Below are positions 55,271-64,000 of a DNA stretch of 64,000 nucleotides, piece after piece. Under the pieces are notes generated by a model that was not told the DNA's origin, searched no databases, and was given only the letters and a program-made list of their open reading frames with translations. Made by a program: the position numbers and the translations under genes. The stretch spans positions 1 through 64,000 of the forward strand of contig JANMQY010000079.1 of NCBI GenBank assembly GCA_031370785.1, in the 5' to 3' direction. Source of the stretch: Candidatus Eiseniibacteriota bacterium. Lineage in GTDB: Bacteria; Eisenbacteria; RBG-16-71-46. Each line of letters begins with the position of its first letter. Positions within the stretch are counted from its first letter, which is position 1.

Positions 55271-56671
55271 ATGCTCACCGCATCCCGCGTGGCGCCGATC
55301 ATCGTGCTCGCGCTCGCGGGCGCGCTGCTCTCGGCTCCGGATGCCGTGGCGAAGAAGCGCCCCGCGCCCCGTCCGGCCGCCCCGGTGACGGCATCCTCGG
55401 CGCTCGCGCTCCGCGTGCAGCGCGTCACGCTCGGCAACGGACTCACTGTGCTGCTTCACGAGGACCACAGCGTGCCGACGGTCGCGTTCTGGCAGTGGTA
55501 TCGCGTCGGCTCGCGCAACGAGCGGCCGGGCATCACCGGGATCTCGCACTTCTTCGAACACATGATGTTCAACGGATCGAAGAACGTCCCGCCCAAGGAG
55601 TACGACCGGATCCTCGAATCGAACGGCGGCTACTCGGACGCGTTCACCGACTACGACATGACCGCGTACTTCGAGGAGATCGCATCGGACCGGCTGGGAG
55701 TCGTGCTGCGCCTCGACTCCGACCGCATGGCGGCGCTCTCGCTCCTGCCCGAGCAGCTCAAGAGCGAGATCGACGTGGTGAAGGAGGAGCGGCGGTTCCG
55801 CGTGGACGACGACATCCGGGGCATGCTCGACGAGCCGCTGTGGGCGACCGCGTTCGAGGCCTCGCCCTATCACTGGCCGGTGATCGGCTGGATGGGCGAC
55901 CTCAACCGGATCACGCGCGAAGACATGGTCGAGTACTTCCGGATTCACTACGCGCCGGACAACTGCATTCTCGCGCTGGTCGGGGATTTCGATTCGAAGG
56001 CCGCGCTCGACAGCATTCGGACGTACTTTGGCTCGATTCCGCGCCAGCCGGCGCCGCCCGAGCCGGTGGACTCGGAGCCCGAGCAGAGAGGCGCTCGCCA
56101 CCTCGAGGTGCACTATCCGGCGCAGAACGTCACGTTCCTCGCGGGTTACAAGGCGCCGGCCGCGAAGAGCGCCGATGCGCCGGTGCTCGATTTACTGCGC
56201 TCGATTCTCGGCGACGGCGAGTCGTCCCGGCTGCACCAGGCGCTGGTGTACGAGGGGCAGATGGCGATCGAGGCCTCCTGCGCGTACCAGGCCCGCATTG
56301 CTCCTGGCCTCATGGAATTCACCGTCGAGCTGAAGCCGGGCCGCAGCGCACAGGAAGGGTTGAAGGCGCTCGACTCGGTGTTGACGCACCTGTCGGACCA
56401 GGGCCCGAGCGAGCGCGAGCTCCAGAAGGCGCGCAATCAGCTCGAGGCGGCGGTGGTGCGCTCGCTCAAGACCAACAACGGCGTGGGCCAGCAGCTCGGC
56501 TACTTCGAGCACGTGTTCGGGGACTACCGCACACTGTTCCAGACCGTGGAGCGCTATCGCACGGTCAGCGCGGAGGACTGCCGGCGCGTGGCGAAGCAGG
56601 TATTCGATGCGAAGCGGCGCACGGTGGCGGTGCTCGTGCCCGACAAGGGCGCCGAGGATGCCGCACCATGA
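55271..56671 (+). CDS. M16B zinc peptidase, catalytic subunit
   Basis: LGNGL, VGSRNE, HFFEHMMF (HxxEH), EERR, YHWPVIG; signal peptide. Confidence 0.93.
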   Translation: MLTASRVAPIIVLALAGALLSAPDAVAKKRPAPRPAAPVTASSALALRVQRVTLGNGLTVLLHEDHSVPTVAFWQWYRVGSRNERPGITGISHFFEHMMFNGSKNVPPKEYDRILESNGGYSDAFTDYDMTAYFEEIASDRLGVVLRLDSDRMAALSLLPEQLKSEIDVVKEERRFRVDDDIRGMLDEPLWATAFEASPYHWPVIGWMGDLNRITREDMVEYFRIHYAPDNCILALVGDFDSKAALDSIRTYFGSIPRQPAPPEPVDSEPEQRGARHLEVHYPAQNVTFLAGYKAPAAKSADAPVLDLLRSILGDGESSRLHQALVYEGQMAIEASCAYQARIAPGLMEFTVELKPGRSAQEGLKALDSVLTHLSDQGPSERELQKARNQLEAAVVRSLKTNNGVGQQLGYFEHVFGDYRTLFQTVERYRTVSAEDCRRVAKQVFDAKRRTVAVLVPDKGAEDAAP

Positions 56672-58050
56672 GCGCGCGCCGGATCGGAATCGCGTTGCTG
56701 GCGGCGGGTCTGGTTCACTTCGCCCCGCCGGCGAGCGCGGCGGCGGTCGCGTTGCCGCCGGCCGTGCGCGTCACGCTCAAGAACGGGCTGGTCGTGATCG
56801 TCAGCCCCACCCACCGCCTGCCGCTGGTCGACTTTCGGCTGGTGGCCCGCGCCGGATCGAGCAGCGATCCCACGGGCAAGGAAGGCGTCGCCGGGCTCAC
56901 CGCGGATCTTCTGACCCAGGGCGCTGGAGCGCGCGGCGCTCGCCAGCTCGCCGAGGACATCGCGTTCATCGGAGGCACGCTCGAGGCGGGCGCGCTCGCC
57001 GAGCAGCTCGTGGTCACCTGCGAAGTGCTGAAGAAGGACATGGCGACCGGGCTCGAGCTGCTCCACGACGTGCTGGTCGCGCCCGCGTTTCCCGCCGAGG
57101 AGTTCGCGCGCAAGAAGGACGAGGCGCTGAGCGCGATCGTGGCCGCGCGGGATGATCCTTCGTCGGTGGCCGATCGCGCACTGCTTCCCTTCCTGCTTGG
57201 CACGGGCCCGCTCGCGCATCCGGTCTCGGGCTGGGAGAAATCGGTCGGCTCGCTCACTCGCGACGACGTCACCGCGTTCCACCGCCGGTTCTTGACGCCC
57301 GACAACGCGATCCTCGCCGTGGTCGGGGACGTGGATCCGCAGGCGATGATCGCCCTGCTCCAGCGCACCTTCGCCGACTGGAAGCCGAGCGGCCAGAAGC
57401 GGACCCTGGCCGCCGACATGCCGGCGCGCGCCGCAGGGGTGCAGCTGCGCATCGTGAGCAAGCCCGAGGTGACCCAGACCCAGATCCGGCTCGCCACGCT
57501 CGGCGTCGCGCGCAATCATCCGGACTATTTCCCGATCCAGGTCGCGAACACGATTCTCGGCGCCGGATTCACTTCGCGGCTGGTCAACGAGATCAGAGTC
57601 GTGCAGGGACTGAGCTACAGCATCTCGAGCGGCTTCACCATGTATCGCAACGCCGGCACGTTCGAGGTGAACACGTTCACCAAGAACGAGACCCTGCGCA
57701 AGACCATCGACGAGACCCTGCGCGTGATGCGCCAGTTCATCTCGCAGGGCCCCAGCGATGAGGAAGTGGCAAAGGCGAAGCGCTACCTGACCGGGCTCTA
57801 CCCGCTCGGGCTGCAGGCGCCCGACGATCTCGCGGCCGCGCTGGTCAACGTCGAGTTCTACGGGCTCGATCCGCAGTACATCGCGAACTACGACGCGAGA
57901 GTCAACGCGGTCACCCCGGACGACGTTCGCCGCGCGCTGCGCTCGTACTTCGACGTGGACAATCTCAGGATCCTCGTGGTCTCCGACCCGGCGACGGCGA
58001 AGGGCGCGCTCGAAGGGCTCGGACCCATCGAGGTGACCGCGATCCCGTGA
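56668..58050 (+). CDS. M16B peptidase, non-catalytic subunit
   Basis: LKNGL; lacks HxxEH; SRL..EIR...GLSY. Confidence 0.9.
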   Translation: MSARRIGIALLAAGLVHFAPPASAAAVALPPAVRVTLKNGLVVIVSPTHRLPLVDFRLVARAGSSSDPTGKEGVAGLTADLLTQGAGARGARQLAEDIAFIGGTLEAGALAEQLVVTCEVLKKDMATGLELLHDVLVAPAFPAEEFARKKDEALSAIVAARDDPSSVADRALLPFLLGTGPLAHPVSGWEKSVGSLTRDDVTAFHRRFLTPDNAILAVVGDVDPQAMIALLQRTFADWKPSGQKRTLAADMPARAAGVQLRIVSKPEVTQTQIRLATLGVARNHPDYFPIQVANTILGAGFTSRLVNEIRVVQGLSYSISSGFTMYRNAGTFEVNTFTKNETLRKTIDETLRVMRQFISQGPSDEEVAKAKRYLTGLYPLGLQAPDDLAAALVNVEFYGLDPQYIANYDARVNAVTPDDVRRALRSYFDVDNLRILVVSDPATAKGALEGLGPIEVTAIP

Positions 58051-59300
58051 GCGAAGCGCCCGCTTCGGACGGGTCCGGCGGGCCATCCGCGAATCCCGCG
58101 CGCGCGAAGGGCCGCGGCCCAGCGGGAGTCACCCGCAACGTCGTCGCGCTGGGTATGGTTTCCTTGCTCACCGACGTCTCGACCGAGATGATCCTGCCGG
58201 TGCTGCCGCTGTTTGTGACCGGTGTGCTGCATGCGTCGGTCACCAGCGTCGGTGTGATCGAGGGCGTGGCCGAGTGCACCGCCGCGATGCTGCGCCTCGC
58301 CTCGGGGTGGCTCTCCGACCGGATCGGCCGGCGCAAGCCATTCCTGATGTTCGGCTACGGAATCTCGACCGTGGCCAAGGGCGCGATGGCGCTGGCCGCT
58401 TCCTGGCCCGCGATCCTCGCCCTGCGCTTCGCCGATCGCGTCGGCAAGGGCCTGCGCAATCCGCCGCGCGACGCGTTGATCGCCGACTCGGTCGAGCCGC
58501 AGTATCTCGGGCGCGCGTTCGGACTCCACCGCGCCATGGACACGCTCGGCGCCGCGCTCGGGCCGCTGGTCGCCTTTGCGATGCTGCAGCGGAACCCGAC
58601 TGGATTCCGCGACATCTTCGGCTTGAGTGCGGTGCCCGCGCTGCTCTCGATCGTCGTGCTCGGCATCTTCGTGCGCGCGCCGCGCCACGTCGCACGCCGC
58701 AGTACGGGCGGGTTCCGGGGCGAGGTCAAGGCGCTGGGCGCGCCATTCATGCGCTTCCTCGCGGTGGATGCGGTCTTTCAGCTCGGCAACAGCAGCATGG
58801 CCTTCGTGCTGCTGCGCTCGCGCGACGTGGGCCTCAACGCCGGCCAGGTGGTGCTCGGCTACCTCGGCTACAACCTGGTCTATGCGCTGCTGTCGTGGCC
58901 GCTGGGCGCGCTCTCGGATCGCATCGGCCGGCGTCCGCTGCTGCTCGCCTCCTATGCGCTCTATGCAGGCGCATACGCGCTGCTCGCCTTTGGTCTGACC
59001 CGCTGGGCAGCGCTCGGCGCGCTCGCGCTGCTCGGGGTGCAGAGCGCGCTCATGGAGGGGCAGGCGCGCAGCCTGATCGCCGACTTCGTGCCGGAAGATC
59101 GGCGCGCGACGGCGTACGGCGTTTATTACACCGTGGTCGGGGCAGCCCTGCTGCCGGCGAGCGTGCTGGCCGGAGTGCTGTGGGATCGGGTCGGCGCCGC
59201 GGCGACGTTCGGGGTCGATGCCGCGCTGGCCGCTGTGGCGGCGCTCCTCTTCCTGACCGTGCTGCCCTCGCGTCACGAGCTGCGAGACCGCCATGGTTAA
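58047..59300 (+). CDS. MFS transporter
   Basis: [35 protein letters not shown]. Confidence 0.92.
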   Translation: MSEAPASDGSGGPSANPARAKGRGPAGVTRNVVALGMVSLLTDVSTEMILPVLPLFVTGVLHASVTSVGVIEGVAECTAAMLRLASGWLSDRIGRRKPFLMFGYGISTVAKGAMALAASWPAILALRFADRVGKGLRNPPRDALIADSVEPQYLGRAFGLHRAMDTLGAALGPLVAFAMLQRNPTGFRDIFGLSAVPALLSIVVLGIFVRAPRHVARRSTGGFRGEVKALGAPFMRFLAVDAVFQLGNSSMAFVLLRSRDVGLNAGQVVLGYLGYNLVYALLSWPLGALSDRIGRRPLLLASYALYAGAYALLAFGLTRWAALGALALLGVQSALMEGQARSLIADFVPEDRRATAYGVYYTVVGAALLPASVLAGVLWDRVGAAATFGVDAALAAVAALLFLTVLPSRHELRDRHG

Positions 59301-60444
59301 GCAGCGCGAACGCATGGGCGAGCGCGAGCGCATCCGCCGCGTGACGGAACGGCTGACGCAGGGCGAGGGCGTGGTGCTGGGTCCGGGCGATGACGCCGCG
59401 CTGCTGCGCGCCCGGGCCGGCCGCGACCTTGCGGTGACCGTCGATGCGTTCGAAGAGGGACGCCACTGGCGCGCAGGCTGGATCGAGCCCGCATCGCTCG
59501 GCGCGCGCTTCGCCGCCGCAAACCTGAGCGATCTGGCGGCGATGGGCGCGGCTCCACGCTGGGCGCTGCTCTCGGTCGGGGCCAGGCCTAAGGGCGATGC
59601 GAAGCGGTGGGAGGAGATCGAGCGCGGGCTCGCGGACCTGCTCATGAGGCACGGCGCCTCGCTGGTGGGCGGCAATCTTTCTGCGACCACCGGGCCCGAG
59701 TGGATGAGCCTCACGTTGATCGGCGAGGTCGAGCGCGGCAAGGCGTGGACCCGGGCCGCAGCGCGCCCCGGCGATCTGATCGCGGTGACCGGGCATCCGG
59801 GCCGCGCCGGGGCTGCGCTGCGGTTGCTCGCCGCAGGCGGTACGCGGGTGCGTGAGCGCGCGTGGCGTCCGCTGCTCGAGGCGTGGGCCGCGCCCGAGCC
59901 GCGCGTCGCGTTCGCGCTGCGCCTGGCCGCGACCGATGCGGTGAGCGCGGCGATCGATATTTCGGATGGATTCGCGGGCGACCTCTCGCGCCTTTGCGAA
60001 GCGAGCGGGGTCGGCGCCGAGATCGACGCATGGCCGGCCGATCGGCTGCTGGCGCGTGCGGCGCGCGCGCTGGGCCTGAGCGCCGAGGCATTGCGCTTCG
60101 GGCCGAGCGATGACTACGAGCTGCTGCTCGCGGTCGAGAGCGCGCGTCGCGCGGAGTGCGAGAGTCTGGCGCACGAGATGAAGGTGCCGCTCGAGTTCGT
60201 GGGGCACCTGACCGATGCGCCGGGCATGATCCAGCGGGTGGATGGCAGAGGTAGGCGGAGTGCGCTCGAGTCAGGGGGCTACGATCACTTCGCGACGTCG
60301 ACAGGAGCGCCGCAAAAGCCGCGTCGCGCTACCGTACGGGGGTCACGCTCCGGTCCCGTCGCGCGCCGCGCAGCGACCAAGCGCAGCGGCGTGCGACGCC
60401 GAGCCTCGAGCGGCCGCGCACGCCGCAGGCGGCCTCAGCGGTAG
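59293..60444 (+). CDS. thiL: Thiamine-monophosphate kinase with basic C-terminal extension
   Basis: [34 protein letters not shown]. Confidence 0.93.
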   Translation: MVKQRERMGERERIRRVTERLTQGEGVVLGPGDDAALLRARAGRDLAVTVDAFEEGRHWRAGWIEPASLGARFAAANLSDLAAMGAAPRWALLSVGARPKGDAKRWEEIERGLADLLMRHGASLVGGNLSATTGPEWMSLTLIGEVERGKAWTRAAARPGDLIAVTGHPGRAGAALRLLAAGGTRVRERAWRPLLEAWAAPEPRVAFALRLAATDAVSAAIDISDGFAGDLSRLCEASGVGAEIDAWPADRLLARAARALGLSAEALRFGPSDDYELLLAVESARRAECESLAHEMKVPLEFVGHLTDAPGMIQRVDGRGRRSALESGGYDHFATSTGAPQKPRRATVRGSRSGPVARRAATKRSGVRRRASSGRARRRRPQR

Positions 60445-61379
60445 AGGGCCTTGAGCCTTCCCCAGGTGCTGGTGTGCACCGGCGTCGCGCAGTTGTCGGC
60501 GGCGCCCGAGAAGTTCGGAGTCGGGTTGTCGAACCAGCGGTTCACATCGTGCACCGAGGCGCTGCCACAGAACTCGATCGAGTTCCCGACCGCAACCACC
60601 GGCACCGACTGTCCGGCCCCCCAGTATCCCGCACTCATCGCGGTCGCTTCGTTCGCGCCGCCGCCCGCGCCCCACTCGACGTAGTCGACCATCTGATCGG
60701 CCGAGGCGAGGCCGCCGGTCGCGGTAAGCGCCGGCACGTAGAGCGCGAGCGCGCCGGATGGGTCGGGCAGGTTGCCAACCGCGCTCACGAAGAAGTCGGT
60801 CGCGGTGTTGATGCCGGTCTCATTGGTGTGAATGGTCATGGTCGCGCCGGGACCGAGCGCCACGTTGCTGAACGGAATCACCGTGGCCGCGCCCGCTCCG
60901 ATGCTCAGCCGGTAACGCCCGAGGTCGCCGGCCGCGGTGCCCATGTTGGTGATCTCGATGAGATCGTGCCCGGCCGCCTCGTTGTACTGCACTTCGGTGA
61001 TGCGGAAGTCCGAAACATCGATCGCCGAGCCGTTCACGATCACGCGGCCGGCCATCAGCGGCGCGTGCGGGGTGCAGTAGTAGAGAAAGGTGCCGGTGCC
61101 GGTCACGCGCCACATGAAACCCGCGCCGCTGCCCACAAATCCGCTATCCCACCGCCCGTCGGGCGTGACGGTCAAGCTGTCCCCGGAGGTTGTCGTGTGG
61201 CTGCTCGTTGCCGCTACCCATACAATCTTGTCCCCAACGTTGGCGTTGATCGCCCTGGGGACGAAGCCCGTAACGTTGGATACGATTGTGACGCGAACCT
61301 GACCGGCGTCCGCAACGGCGGCAAATCCGAGTGTGATCGCCGCGATGGTGATCCCGACAGAAAAGTAGCGAAGCGACAT
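60435..61379 (-). CDS. Secreted cupredoxin plus lamin-tail-like domain protein with [11 protein letters not shown]-terminus
   Basis: Signal peptide; type-1 Cu ligands H...[17 protein letters not shown]...IEITN, DYVEWG. Confidence 0.8.
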   Translation of the reverse strand: MSLRYFSVGITIAAITLGFAAVADAGQVRVTIVSNVTGFVPRAINANVGDKIVWVAATSSHTTTSGDSLTVTPDGRWDSGFVGSGAGFMWRVTGTGTFLYYCTPHAPLMAGRVIVNGSAIDVSDFRITEVQYNEAAGHDLIEITNMGTAAGDLGRYRLSIGAGAATVIPFSNVALGPGATMTIHTNETGINTATDFFVSAVGNLPDPSGALALYVPALTATGGLASADQMVDYVEWGAGGGANEATAMSAGYWGAGQSVPVVAVGNSIEFCGSASVHDVNRWFDNPTPNFSGAADNCATPVHTSTWGRLKALYR

Positions 61380-61442
61380 GCATCCCCCCGTGAACGCGGC
61401 CTGCGTTTCGGTAACGCCTGCTCATTCCATCCGTGGTGTTGG

Positions 61443-62462
61443 TTATTTCGCGCTGCGCCGTCCCGATCCGCGCCGCGTCCCGGCGGCACGCGAGCTGGCG
61501 CGGCTGGGAGTGCGGCCGCCCGAGGTTGCCGGGCGGGCTCTGGCGCCTGATGCGCGCGCAACGGCCCTGGCGGCGGGTTTCTTCGCACTCACCTTCGCGC
61601 GGTTCTTCGTCGCCGAAGAGCGCGCGACCCCCGCTCTGGCCTTCGAAGTCGAAGTCTTCGTGGCCGCGCTGCGCAGCACCGCAGCTTTGCTCATGCGCTC
61701 CTGCTCGGCGCGGGCCTTCACGCGTTCCTGCTGGGCGCGAACCTTAGTCAGACGCTCCTGTTCCGCGTGGAACCTCGCGAGGCGCTCCTGCCCGATCCGG
61801 ATTTTCGCGAGGCGCTCCTGCTCGGCCAGATTGCTCTTCGCCGCACGCGCGTTGGCGGCTGCCGCGCCCTTGGCGACCGCCGCGACCTCGGCCTCGCGTC
61901 TTGCGAGCGGCACCGCGGCCGGAGGCGAGAACAGGTCGAGCGTGCGCCCCACCGGCTTTGCGACCCGGGCCTCATGGTCGAGGAGCCAGCGCTTGCGCGG
62001 AAGGCCGCCGCCGTAGCCGGTCATGGAGCCGTCGGCGCCGATCACCCGGTGGCATGCCACCACGATCGCGAGCGGGTTCTGGTTGTTGGCGAGCCCGACC
62101 GCGCGAGCGGCCTGCGGCTGGCCGACCTGGCGCGCGATTTCCGCATAGCTCACGGTCTCGCCGTACGGAATCCGACGGAGGACATTCCACACCTGCATCT
62201 GGAACTCGGAACCGATGGGGTCGAGCGGGACGGTGAACTCGGTTCGATTGCCGCTGAAGTAGTCGTCGAGCTGGTCGACGTACTTCTTCAAGTTGAGCAG
62301 CGACGGCTCCCACTTCGCGTCTGGATGCTCGGCCTCGTGCGCGCCGATCATGCGCTTGAGGCTCTTGCGGTCCATGAACTCGAGATAGCGAAGCCCGCGC
62401 TCGGTGCGCGCGAGAAACAGAAGCCCCAGGGGCGAGGACATTACATGGTAGGTGAGGCGCAT
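61443..62462 (-). CDS. ogt: Methylated-DNA-protein-cysteine methyltransferase with long repetitive/basic tail
   Basis: SPLG, FQMQVW, IPYGETVSY, ARAVG, ACHRVIG, GYGGG. Confidence 0.9.
   Translation of the reverse strand: MRLTYHVMSSPLGLLFLARTERGLRYLEFMDRKSLKRMIGAHEAEHPDAKWEPSLLNLKKYVDQLDDYFSGNRTEFTVPLDPIGSEFQMQVWNVLRRIPYGETVSYAEIARQVGQPQAARAVGLANNQNPLAIVVACHRVIGADGSMTGYGGGLPRKRWLLDHEARVAKPVGRTLDLFSPPAAVPLARREAEVAAVAKGAAAANARAAKSNLAEQERLAKIRIGQERLARFHAEQERLTKVRAQQERVKARAEQERMSKAAVLRSAATKTSTSKARAGVARSSATKNRAKVSAKKPAARAVARASGARARPATSGGRTPSRASSRAAGTRRGSGRRSAK
61686..61829 (-). repeat. Five degenerate ~30-nt coding repeats (AEQERL)
   Basis: CG(C/T)TCCTG at 61696, 61723, 61753, 61783, 61813. Confidence 0.8.
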
Positions 62463-62535
62463 CGCGGGGAGTCTAGCCGAGGGCCGAGCGGAGTGCCAAG
62501 CGCCGCGGGCGCGCCGGATCGTGCCGACCCGGTGC

Positions 62536-63273
62536 CTAGTGGCGCCGCACCGCGCCCAGCCGAGGCAGAACGCGACCGGTACGCGCGCAGTAGCGGGTGA
62601 ATTCGTCGCCGAATCTGCGCGCGAGCAGCGCCTCTTCGGCCTCCATGCGCGCGTGCAGCGCCAGCGCCATCAGCGCCGCGCCCACTAGGCCGATCGCGCT
62701 TCCGAATGCGAGCGCCGCTCCCAGGTTGGCGAGGCCCGCGCCGAGGTAGCCGGGGTGGCGGATGCGCGCGTAGGGCTCGCCGGTCTCGAGAGCGTGTTCG
62801 CGCTGCACCGCGACGACCGGGGCGAAGCGCGGCCCCAGCCGATCCATAGCCGCGATCCGCAGCGTGAGCCCCGCGGCCGCGAGCACGACTCCCGCCCAGC
62901 GCATGGGCGCTCCGCCCGGGAGCGGAAACCAGCCCATGCGCTCGCCAAGCGCGGAGAGCGGCGGAGTCAGAAGCGGGATCAGGAACAGCGCGAGCAGCAG
63001 CATGCGCTGGCCCGGCGCGGACTCGACCACGTCCTGCGCGCGCACCGGGCGCAGGAATCCGAGCACGAGCGTGGTCACCCCCCAGATCGCGACCAGCGCG
63101 AGCGCGCGAGCGTGATGAGCCAGCGCCCCCACGCCGCCCAGTGCCAGCGCGAGCAGCGCGGCGTCGAGCGCGGTCACGATCAGCGCGGTGATCAGCGTGC
63201 GCAGTGGATGTGTGCGACGTTCTTCGGCAGGGGTCACGGGGCGCAATCTATCAAATTGGGAGCGAGGCGTCAT
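62536..63273 (-). CDS. Isoprenylcysteine carboxyl methyltransferase (ICMT/PEMT) family protein
   Basis: PYARIRHPGYLG, EEALL..RFG.EF..Y; multiple TM helices. Confidence 0.88.
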   Translation of the reverse strand: MTPRSQFDRLRPVTPAEERRTHPLRTLITALIVTALDAALLALALGGVGALAHHARALALVAIWGVTTLVLGFLRPVRAQDVVESAPGQRMLLLALFLIPLLTPPLSALGERMGWFPLPGGAPMRWAGVVLAAAGLTLRIAAMDRLGPRFAPVVAVQREHALETGEPYARIRHPGYLGAGLANLGAALAFGSAIGLVGAALMALALHARMEAEEALLARRFGDEFTRYCARTGRVLPRLGAVRRH

Positions 63274-63325
63274 CGCGCTAGGCTCGCGCCGCCCTCAGTA
63301 GTCGCGCCCACCCCTGGAGAATGTC

Positions 63326-63580
63326 ATGCCCGGCATGCCGCCGCTTCATCCCGTCCTGGTTCACCTGGCTCGCGCGCTCGCGGGACGCGCCGGCAAGGCG
63401 ACGCCGGTCGTCTCGGGGCTCGCTCTCGCGCTCCATCTCGCGGCCGCGATCGCGGTCGGGGTCGCGGGTTTCCGCGGTGGCCGACTGGTCTTCGAGCACG
63501 GCGGCGGTGTCCGCGTGCACGACCCGCTGGTTCCGAGCGATGGGCCGCCACGAGAAGAGGGCGAGCACGAGAAGGACTGA
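63326..63580 (+). CDS. Short DUF2231-like membrane protein, apparently internally deleted
   Basis: PLHPVLVH at the N-terminus and AGFRGGRLVFEHGGGV at the C-terminus with little between; GGAG RBS. Confidence 0.5.
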   Translation: MPGMPPLHPVLVHLARALAGRAGKATPVVSGLALALHLAAAIAVGVAGFRGGRLVFEHGGGVRVHDPLVPSDGPPREEGEHEKD

Positions 63581-63610
63581 GCGCGCCGCGCCCGGACCCA
63601 GGGCCTCCCA

Positions 63611-64000
63611 ATGCCCGCACAACCCCCGCTCCGCCTGATGGCCGTCCTTGCGCACCCCGACGATGAGTCGCTCGGGATGGGCGGCACGTTGGCGAGGTAC
63701 GCGGCCGAAGGGGTCGAAACCTACCTCGTCACCGCGACGCGCGGGCAGAGCGGACGCTTCCGCGGGATTCCCGCGGGCGAGGGACATCCGGGCAAGGAGA
63801 AGCTGGCGCAGATCCGCGAGGCCGAGCTGCGGGCCGCCGCCGAGGCTCTCGGCGTGCGCGAGCTCGCGCTGCTCGACTACATGGACGGGGAGCTCGATCG
63901 CGCCGAGCCACGAGGAGTGATCGCGAAGATCGCGGCGCAACTGCGGCGCCATCGGCCGCAGGTCGTGCTCACCTTCCCGTCCGATGGCATCTACGGCCAT
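63611..64000 (+). CDS. PIG-L/LmbE family deacetylase (runs off the window end)
   Basis: My translation: MPAQPPLRLMAVLAHPDDESLGMGGTLARYAAEG...ATRGQ...R.AEL..AA..LG...DG.YGH. Absent from the ORF track because it is open-ended. Confidence 0.92.
   Translation, partial: MPAQPPLRLMAVLAHPDDESLGMGGTLARYAAEGVETYLVTATRGQSGRFRGIPAGEGHPGKEKLAQIREAELRAAAEALGVRELALLDYMDGELDRAEPRGVIAKIAAQLRRHRPQVVLTFPSDGIYGH

Noticed and set aside
55271..58050. M16 peptidase pair as part of the PGA system
   Set aside because: A common standalone heterodimer, separated by 103 nt and coupled instead to MFS-thiL; the link cannot be supported.
60295..60444. Arg-rich ThiL tail as a functional domain
   Set aside because: Non-repetitive and runs into the convergent gene; likely GC-driven stop drift.

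Overview
GC-rich (about 70%) diderm bacterial chromosome segment containing the replication origin. FlgD-Ig and '[10 protein letters not shown]' C-termini suggest Ca. Eisenbacteria or a related FCB lineage (inference). Left arm, mostly minus strand: a truncated DUF4953-type zinc protease, groES-groEL, a degenerate NtrC-like regulator, housekeeping genes, a probable 6S RNA, rex with its operator, and dnaA-dnaN-dciA-gyrB-(beta-barrel)-gyrA. DnaA-box clusters lie on both sides of dnaA, with a Bacillus-like unwinding element. Centre: a phosphate/polyphosphate island of about 14 kb (phoBR, sixA, two tandem divergent thymidylate-kinase-like genes, CHAD, ppx, phoU, pstSCAB, porin, Pho boxes) with no ppk1/ppk2. 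The TMK-like pair is the best candidate for a heteromeric polyphosphate kinase. Right: a translationally coupled poly-gamma-glutamate operon (secreted beta-propeller, pgsB, pgsC, pgsW, exported protein, outer-membrane barrel, c-type cytochrome lipoprotein) that looks like an uncharacterised Gram-negative PGA export system. It is followed by an M16 peptidase pair, MFS, thiL and others. No CRISPR, tRNA, rRNA or transposase was seen. All calls come from reading motifs by eye; no searches were run.
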